Of a stretch of DNA of 64,000 bases, positions 57,683-64,000 are shown in pieces. The position numbers and the translations under genes were made by a program. The notes beneath the pieces were generated by a model that saw nothing but the letters and a program-made list of their open reading frames with translations, was not told the DNA's origin and ran no database searches. The stretch is from an uncultured Erythrobacter sp. (GTDB taxonomy: Bacteria; Pseudomonadota; Alphaproteobacteria; Sphingomonadales; Sphingomonadaceae). The DNA lies in contig CANMSD010000004.1 in the NCBI GenBank assembly GCA_947500645.1, positions 151,093 through 215,092 on the forward strand, read 5' to 3'. The stretch's first letter is position 1. Every line of letters starts with the position of its first letter.

Positions 57683-58753
57683 ATGGAAATAGATTTCGAC
57701 AAGGAAATGGTCGGCACGGTCGAAGTGGCGGACGCTGACAAGCTCGACATGGACAAGCTTACCGCTTGGTTCGAGGCCAATGTCGAAGGCTTCGCAGGGC
57801 CGATCAGCTACACCAAGTTCAAGGGCGGGCAATCCAACCCAACCTACAAGATCGAAACGCCGGGCGCGAACTATGTGCTCCGCCGCCAGCCCTTCGGTAA
57901 GTTGCTGCCCAGCGCGCATGCGGTCGACCGCGAATATGCTGCGATGACCGGACTTTATCCCACTGGCTTCCCGGTCCCGCGCACCTATGGCCTTTGCGAA
58001 GATCCGGAAGTCCTGGGCTCAAAATTCTTTGTAATGAGCATGGCTGACGGACGCAGCCTGTGGAATGGCGCTTTGCCCGGATGCTCCAAGGACGAACGCC
58101 GCGAGCTTTACAATGCGCTGATCGACACGATCGCGGATATGCACCTTAAGACCCCGTCAGAGATCGGGCTTGGGGATTATGGCAAGCCCAATGATTATTG
58201 CGCGCGCCAGATCAGCCGCTGGTCAAAGCAATATAAGCTCTCTGAAACTGAGCACATGCCTCAGATGGAGCGGCTGATCGAATGGCTGCCTGAGACGATC
58301 CCGCCGCAGCATGAAAGCTCGGTGGTGCATGGCGACTACCGCCTCGACAATGTGATCTTTCACAAGACCGAGAACCGCGTGATCGCAGTGCTCGATTGGG
58401 AGCTATCGACGCTCGGCGATCCGATTGCGGATTTCAGCTATCTGATGCTCAACTGGTTCCAGCCTGCCGATGGCCGCGCTGGTTTGCTCGGGCTCGATTT
58501 GGGTGAACTCGGCATTCCGACGGTCAAGGAAGCAGTTGAGCGCTATGTTGCGCGCACCGGCTATCCCGTGCCGCCGATGGAATGGTATTTTGCCTATAAC
58601 CTGTTCCGGCTCGCAGGGATCATGCAGGGCATTAAGAAGCGTGTGATTGATGGCACTGCCTCGTCCGCTCATGCGAAAGCGATGAGCGACCGGGTCGCCC
58701 CGCTGGTGGCGCGCGCCTATCAATTCGCCGTTGAAGCGGGAATGCCAGAATAG
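57683..58753 (+). CDS. Phosphotransferase (APH/ACAD10 N-terminal) family protein
   Basis: GGQSNPTY, PSAHAVDREY, VHGDYRLDN, VLDWELSTLGDP. Confidence 0.93.
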   Translation: MEIDFDKEMVGTVEVADADKLDMDKLTAWFEANVEGFAGPISYTKFKGGQSNPTYKIETPGANYVLRRQPFGKLLPSAHAVDREYAAMTGLYPTGFPVPRTYGLCEDPEVLGSKFFVMSMADGRSLWNGALPGCSKDERRELYNALIDTIADMHLKTPSEIGLGDYGKPNDYCARQISRWSKQYKLSETEHMPQMERLIEWLPETIPPQHESSVVHGDYRLDNVIFHKTENRVIAVLDWELSTLGDPIADFSYLMLNWFQPADGRAGLLGLDLGELGIPTVKEAVERYVARTGYPVPPMEWYFAYNLFRLAGIMQGIKKRVIDGTASSAHAKAMSDRVAPLVARAYQFAVEAGMPE

Positions 58754-58822
58754 GCAAATCCTGCAGGGTGGCAGAATCGACAACGCCCGCCCCTGCCTGA
58801 CTGAGCTTCTAACTGAGCGCGC

Positions 58823-61210
58823 TCAGAACTCCGCGCTAAAGCTCACGACTGCGCCCGCATCGTCGCGCGAACCGGAAAAGTGCCCCGGATCGCGGCGATA
58901 GAACATGCTGGCGGCTGCGCGACCGAACAGGAACGGCCCCTGCCATGCGAGTTCGCCCATGACTTCGCGTCCCTCGGGTGCGAGCGATAGCGATTGTCGG
59001 CCAAAGATCGCGCTTTCGGTCGCATAATCATACGCAACGGGCAGATCGAAGCGCAGCTCGCCGCCATTGGCCCGCAAGGGCTGGCTGATCCGCAAACCTA
59101 GACTGTCGCCCGAAATAAGCGCGCCGTAGCGCGTCACATCAAAAGACCAGGCTTGGCTGAGCAATTGCGAGCCATCGGCGACCAGAGAATTGCCGCGCGG
59201 TCGCGTGAAACCCTGACGATAGGCTGCGCCAAGCCGCCATCCCTGGGCAAATTCATGGCCGAGTTCGGCATCGAGAAAGACGCTGTCGGCACCGCTCAGA
59301 CCCAACACATCATGGAAATGTGCGCCGAGCAACGTGTCATCTTCCTGCATCCACGTGAGCGATAAGATCGTGTCGACACCGGCAATCTCCCGGTCGGCGG
59401 CAATCGCGAAACTGGACGTCGGCCGTCGCTCGCGCACACCGGCAAGTACGTCGAAAGCCTGTCGTTCTGCTCCAAGGAAGGCATCGCCGCGATCCGCCGA
59501 AAGAGTCAGCCCCCATGGCCCGACCTGCTGCCGCGCCGCGAGTGAGAACTCGCTGCTCTGGAAGAAACCATCATCGCCTCCAGCCTGTGGTGCAATCCGG
59601 AAGGCCGGACGCGTCGCCCCCTGCAATTGCGCAACCAGCCCGCCAGGCCCTTGCGACAATGCGAAGCCGAGCTGCAGATCGGGCGCAATCTTGGCTGCGA
59701 CCCTTGCGGCGAGCACACGCGCACCTTGCGCATCTTCGGCGGACAATTGCAGCTGCTGAGTCCAACCCAGCCCACCGGCGCGTGGTCCCTCGCCGACAGT
59801 GAAAGCCATCGATACAGGTCCGGCGGAGCCGCCCCGACTGATGCCATTTCGCTCGACCGCGCCGCGCAAGCGCTGGACCTGCGCAGAATTGCGGGTGCGG
59901 CTGCCGAGGTCGTAATTATAGGCGCGGTCATAGCGATCGGTGACGATAGTGCTTAGGGACGTTCTGCTCAAAGCATCGCCCATCGCAGCTGAGCCGATCG
60001 CAACATCGTCTGCCAGCGCGAGTACGCGGCCCGTGCCTCCCAAGGTGGTGGTTCCCGATGGCGCAATCGCGGCGGCGATGTCGAGAATTCCAGTGCCATA
60101 GATCGGATCGATTCCGTTTGCGCCTGCATCGGTCGCGCTGTTCAGCAGGATTTCGACGATCTCCTGACCAGTCAAATTCGGGAAAGCCTGCGCCAGCAGG
60201 GCCACCGCCCCCGCCACTTGCGGAGCAGCAAAGCTCGTGCCGGAGAACAGGGTGACAAAGCTCTGCCCGTTGATATCCTCAACGAACAACTCGCCATTGT
60301 CATAGACGCAACAAATTCGCTCACCGCGCGCGTTGAGATATGATGCCGCGAAGTCACCTGCGCGGTTGCTGAAATCGGAAATTGTGCCGGTATCGTCGAC
60401 GGAGCCGACGATAATCACATTGCCATTGCCTGCCGCCTGCAAACTGGAAGCAAAAGGATCTGGCTGATCAGGGTCGATATCCGGGTCCGAGCCATCGCCG
60501 GCATTCCCGGCTGAGACGACGACTACAATACCGGCATTCGCCGCTCGGCGAACAGCGTTGAGTACCTGCGAACTGGCCCCGCCGCCGCCAAGGCTGATGT
60601 TCACAACGGTTGCGCCTGAATTTACGGCAAGATCGATGCCCGCTGCAATCGAGGAATCGCTGAACAGACAGCCAAGCGTCGGGTCGGATGGAGTATCCAT
60701 CCCGCACGACCCGACATTGTCAGCTCGCACTGCCAAGACCTCTGCATCAAAAGCGATGCCGAGAACCCCGGTACCATCGCGTCCGCCAGCAGCGACAAGC
60801 GCGACGTTCGTGCCGTGATCGTCTTCCGGATCGACCCCGCGATTGGACACGATATCGGTTGAATTGGAATTCACTCGCCCGACAAATTCAGGACTGTCGG
60901 TGTCGAGTCCCGTGTCGATGATAGCGATGACCTCGCCATCGCCGGTAAACCCCTGCTCCCATGCTGTAATCGCACCATGGAAACCCGGGCCATCGGACCT
61001 ACGAAACTCAGCCGTGTTGAAATTCGTTGGCGGAGGAGGAGGCGGTGGTGGTGGCGGGGGAGGAGGAGGCGGTGGAGGCGCTGGGGGTGGACCTGAAATC
61101 GGCCCTCCAGCCACGCCGCCCGCACCTCCGCTGCACGCGCTCAACGCGGCGCAGGCAGTGGCTGCAACGACCACCTTCCATTGAATGGGGCTTTTGGGAT
61201 TATTCTTCAT
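58823..61210 (-). CDS. S8 subtilase, lipoprotein with poly-Pro linker and C-terminal beta-rich (autotransporter-like) domain
   Basis: Catalytic triad IIDTG / DHGTNVA / GTSFAAP; lipobox LSAC; ends in Phe. Confidence 0.9.
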   Translation of the reverse strand: MKNNPKSPIQWKVVVAATACAALSACSGGAGGVAGGPISGPPPAPPPPPPPPPPPPPPPPPTNFNTAEFRRSDGPGFHGAITAWEQGFTGDGEVIAIIDTGLDTDSPEFVGRVNSNSTDIVSNRGVDPEDDHGTNVALVAAGGRDGTGVLGIAFDAEVLAVRADNVGSCGMDTPSDPTLGCLFSDSSIAAGIDLAVNSGATVVNISLGGGGASSQVLNAVRRAANAGIVVVVSAGNAGDGSDPDIDPDQPDPFASSLQAAGNGNVIIVGSVDDTGTISDFSNRAGDFAASYLNARGERICCVYDNGELFVEDINGQSFVTLFSGTSFAAPQVAGAVALLAQAFPNLTGQEIVEILLNSATDAGANGIDPIYGTGILDIAAAIAPSGTTTLGGTGRVLALADDVAIGSAAMGDALSRTSLSTIVTDRYDRAYNYDLGSRTRNSAQVQRLRGAVERNGISRGGSAGPVSMAFTVGEGPRAGGLGWTQQLQLSAEDAQGARVLAARVAAKIAPDLQLGFALSQGPGGLVAQLQGATRPAFRIAPQAGGDDGFFQSSEFSLAARQQVGPWGLTLSADRGDAFLGAERQAFDVLAGVRERRPTSSFAIAADREIAGVDTILSLTWMQEDDTLLGAHFHDVLGLSGADSVFLDAELGHEFAQGWRLGAAYRQGFTRPRGNSLVADGSQLLSQAWSFDVTRYGALISGDSLGLRISQPLRANGGELRFDLPVAYDYATESAIFGRQSLSLAPEGREVMGELAWQGPFLFGRAAASMFYRRDPGHFSGSRDDAGAVVSFSAEF

Positions 61211-61443
61211 CGCGACCGTCCTTTTGGTGCCCACCCCTTCAACTATAATTCTTAAGATCAAGGTTATCTCAAAGGCAAGCTATGCTTCGTGAGGCTGCGC
61301 TGCTGCGTTGCATGATTGCCGCAGCCCACTTGTGAGTGTGCGCACAGCGGGCTAGCAGCGCACAAAACCCTCAGTTGTCAGCATCAATTGCGGCAGCTTG
61401 ACGGAGCATTTGCAATTTCAAGCGCATCCATTGCGGAGGTAAT

Positions 61444-62280
61444 ATGTCACAAGAGATCATCGCCCAAATCGACGAAGCATGGGAGAATCGAGCCGAGATT
61501 ACACCTGGCAGCGAGGTACGCCATGCAGTGGACGATGCGCTCAGCATGCTGGATCGCGGCGAAGCGCGGGTTGCTGAACCCGACGGCAACGGCGGATGGC
61601 GCGTCAATCAGTGGCTAAAAAAGGCGGTGCTTCTGTCGTTTCGGCTCAACGAAAACATCGTTATGGATAGCGGGTCTTGCAGCCAAGGCGCGTTTGACAA
61701 AGTGCCGACCAAATTCTCTGGCTGGGGCGACAATCGTTTCCGCGAGGCAGGCTTTCGCGTAGTGCCAGGTGCGGTTGCGCGGCGTGGCAGCTTTATCGGC
61801 AAGGGCGTGGTGCTGATGCCGAGCTTTGTGAATATCGGCGCGTTCGTCGACGAGGGCACCATGGTCGATACCTGGGCAACAGTCGGTTCATGCGCGCAAA
61901 TCGGCAAGAATGTGCACATCTCGGGCGGAGCTGGCATTGGCGGCGTTCTCGAACCGCTACAGGCAGACCCTGTGATCATCGGTGACGGTGCCTTTATCGG
62001 CGCGCGCAGCGAAGTTGCCGAGGGCGTTCGGGTCGGAGAAGGCGCTGTCCTGTCGATGGGCGTGTACCTCGGCGCATCGACCAAGATCATCGACCGCGCG
62101 ACCGGGGAAGTCCATATGGGAGAAGTGCCCCCTTATGCAGTTGTCGTGCCTGGTACCATGCCAGGTAAGCCTTTGCCTGACGGCACACCGGGCCCGTCGC
62201 TCTATTGCGCCGTGATTGTAAAAACAGTCGACGCGCAAACTCGATCAAAGACTGGTATCAACGAATTGCTGCGCGACTGA
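61444..62280 (+). CDS. dapD: 2,3,4,5-tetrahydropyridine-2,6-dicarboxylate N-succinyltransferase
   Basis: [52 protein letters not shown]. Confidence 0.98.
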   Translation: MSQEIIAQIDEAWENRAEITPGSEVRHAVDDALSMLDRGEARVAEPDGNGGWRVNQWLKKAVLLSFRLNENIVMDSGSCSQGAFDKVPTKFSGWGDNRFREAGFRVVPGAVARRGSFIGKGVVLMPSFVNIGAFVDEGTMVDTWATVGSCAQIGKNVHISGGAGIGGVLEPLQADPVIIGDGAFIGARSEVAEGVRVGEGAVLSMGVYLGASTKIIDRATGEVHMGEVPPYAVVVPGTMPGKPLPDGTPGPSLYCAVIVKTVDAQTRSKTGINELLRD

Positions 62281-62312
62281 TCGTGCAAGGGCACGCATAG
62301 GACGCAGATTGC

Positions 62313-62337
62313 GGAACGATTGCAACGTGCTCCCGTT
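62313..62337 (+). promoter_or_regulatory. EcfG (general stress sigma) promoter
   Basis: Exact GGAAC-N16-CGTT, 35 bp upstream of the small ORF at 62372. Confidence 0.7.
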
Positions 62338-62371
62338 TACCTGCTAAGATATACATCGGACCGGAGGTTTT

Positions 62372-62524
62372 ATGCATAAAGAAGGTGACGAAATTCACAT
62401 CGAGGATGATGATGCGCGCGGTGCGCACACGACCGGCGTCATGCGCTGGGTCTTGGGCATCAGCTTGCTCGCTGCAATCATCGCGATGACTTTGGTCTGG
62501 GTACTGCCAGCCCTTTACGGCTAG
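62372..62524 (+). CDS. Small (50 aa) single-TM protein, absent from the ORF track
   Basis: GGAGG ribosome-binding site; MHKEGDEIHIEDDDARGAHTTGVMRWVLGISLLAAIIAMTLVWVLPALYG. Confidence 0.75.
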   Translation: MHKEGDEIHIEDDDARGAHTTGVMRWVLGISLLAAIIAMTLVWVLPALYG

Positions 62525-62618
62525 TACCCTAGAGCCGTTCTCCAGGCCTGACCCGATTGGCTGGAACGCTTGATGGCTTTGCGGATTGTATTCTTAGTTA
62601 AAGACTGAGGATACAATT

Positions 62619-62849
62619 ATGAGCAATTCCAACAGCTTCCAGAGTAATCAGTACGTCAAATGGAATTGGGGTAACGGAGAAGGCAAAGGCCAGATCCAAG
62701 AGCGCTTCGAACGCGAAGTGACACGCACCTTGCAGGGCACGAAAGTGACCCGCGAGGGCAGCGAAGACAATCCAGCCTATCTGATCGAACAAGATGACGG
62801 CGATGAAGTGCTCAAGCTCGGATCAGAGCTGGAAGCGCAGGACAGCTAG
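62619..62849 (+). CDS. DUF2945 / HVA1 Tudor-like small protein
   Basis: VKWNWGNG.GKG.I.ERF...NPAYLIEQDDG..VLKL.SEL; GAGGA ribosome-binding site. Confidence 0.85.
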   Translation: MSNSNSFQSNQYVKWNWGNGEGKGQIQERFEREVTRTLQGTKVTREGSEDNPAYLIEQDDGDEVLKLGSELEAQDS

Positions 62850-62853
62850 GCTC

Positions 62854-63045
62854 GTGCCCAAGGCGAAGAGCAAAGCGCAGCAGCAAGCTGCAGGCGCAGC
62901 CTTGTCTGCAAAACGCGGCGAGACGGAAAAGTCCGATCTTCAAGGCGCATCGGTCGAAATGTACGAGACCATGAGCGAGGAGGAACTCAAGGACATGGCC
63001 TCGACCTCGCACGACGATTTGCCCGAAACGGCGTGCGAGGACTAA
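62854..63045 (+). CDS. DUF3008 family small protein
   Basis: GTG start; PKAKSKAQQQAAGAALSAKRGE...LQGAS..MY..MSE.EL. Confidence 0.85.
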   Translation: MPKAKSKAQQQAAGAALSAKRGETEKSDLQGASVEMYETMSEEELKDMASTSHDDLPETACED

Positions 63046-64000
63046 TCCTCGCTCGTATCCGGTTCCGGAATTCGCGTTTCAATCGGTGCCATGCCCGACA
63101 CGCTGCTGGAATAACGCTCGGCTGCGCGTAGCACTCGCATAGCGTTTCGGCTTGAAATCAGCTCCAACTCCACCTGCGAGTACCCGCGACGTGCGAGCTC
63201 TGTGAAGAGCACTGGATAACCAGCACTATCTTCCATTCCGACCGGACCGGTCGGCATACCGTCGAAATCTGCACCAATTCCGATGTATTCCACGCCGATC
63301 AGATCACGAATGTGGTCGATGTGATCGGCCATTTGGCTAACCGGAGTTTGCGGTTCCGGATTCGCTTCGTCCCAAGCAGTCATCGCAGCTTCGACAATAT
63401 CTGGCTGACCCTGAAACAGCGCATTTTGCCGAGCTTCTTCTGCCCGGCGGGCTGCGAACCATTCGCGCGCTTCCTCATTAAGGAAGCCCGGCAAGCCGAC
63501 CACCATCACGATCCCACCATTTTCGGGCAGCCGCGCGAGCACGCTGTCGGGCACGTTGCGTGCATGGCCGTTAACTGCTCGCACGCCCGAGTGGCTGAAG
63601 ATCACCGGCGCTCTTGCGACATCCAGCGCATCCATCATCGTATCTTCGCTGACATGGCTCAGGTCGACCAGCATACCGATCCGGTTCATCTCACGGATCA
63701 GGTCTTTGCCGAAATCGGTAAGGCCGCCATGCTCAGGATCGTCGGTTGCGCTGTCGGCCCACGGCGTGTTCTTCGAATGCGTGATCGTCATATAGCGCGC
63801 GCCCAGATCATACATCTGCCGCAGCACGCCAAGGCTTGAGCCGATCGAATGCCCTCCCTCCATGCCGAGGAAGGACGCGATCTTGCCATCTGCCATTGCG
63901 CTTTCTGCCTGATCGGCGGTCAGAGTGAACTGCAATTGATCGGGATAGCGCGCGATCAAACGTTTCATCACGTCGATCTGCTCCATCGTCATCTGCACAG
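63042..64000 (-). CDS. Membrane dipeptidase (M19) family, 5'-partial
   Basis: GMEGGHSI, YMTITH, MLVDLSHVS, IFSHS, DHIDHI, IGADFDG; the N-terminus lies beyond the window. Confidence 0.93.
   Translation of the reverse strand, partial: VQMTMEQIDVMKRLIARYPDQLQFTLTADQAESAMADGKIASFLGMEGGHSIGSSLGVLRQMYDLGARYMTITHSKNTPWADSATDDPEHGGLTDFGKDLIREMNRIGMLVDLSHVSEDTMMDALDVARAPVIFSHSGVRAVNGHARNVPDSVLARLPENGGIVMVVGLPGFLNEEAREWFAARRAEEARQNALFQGQPDIVEAAMTAWDEANPEPQTPVSQMADHIDHIRDLIGVEYIGIGADFDGMPTGPVGMEDSAGYPVLFTELARRGYSQVELELISSRNAMRVLRAAERYSSSVSGMAPIETRIPEPDTSED

Noticed and set aside
1-64000. CRISPR array, rRNA, intact prophage or integron integrase
   Set aside because: No regularly spaced repeat-spacer units, rRNA signatures, phage structural genes or intI were seen.

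Overview
About 60% GC alphaproteobacterial chromosomal DNA; gene content and order point to Sphingomonadales, probably Erythrobacteraceae (inference). Bases 1-10,770 look like the decayed end of an island integrated at the 3' end of tRNA-Ser(GGA). It holds a partial VWA gene, a FecI/FecR/TonB-dependent transducer/M16 protease module, and an intact IS6 that has removed all but the C-terminal tail of the integrase. The rest is mostly core genome: cyclophilin, MCP, rel/spoT, hybrid kinase, hemF, pdeM, infC, tol-pal, his operon, sspB, gmk, a fatty-acid/acyl-CoA cluster, an S8 protease, dapD and small stress genes. Single accessory genes are scattered through it (signal-less NucA-type nuclease, GST, PhyH, M8 protease, a 738-aa orphan). 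The strongest structure not explained by the genes is non-coding. (1) A long perfect-palindrome family whose arms co-vary per copy; one copy is inserted in frame in a transporter gene. (2) A GTCCGC..GCGGAC-type repeat that brackets the GST gene like a cassette. (3) A pseudoknot that would mask the ribosome-binding site of a Met/Cys transsulfuration gene. No rRNA or CRISPR array was seen. All family assignments are from motif recognition by eye, not database searches.
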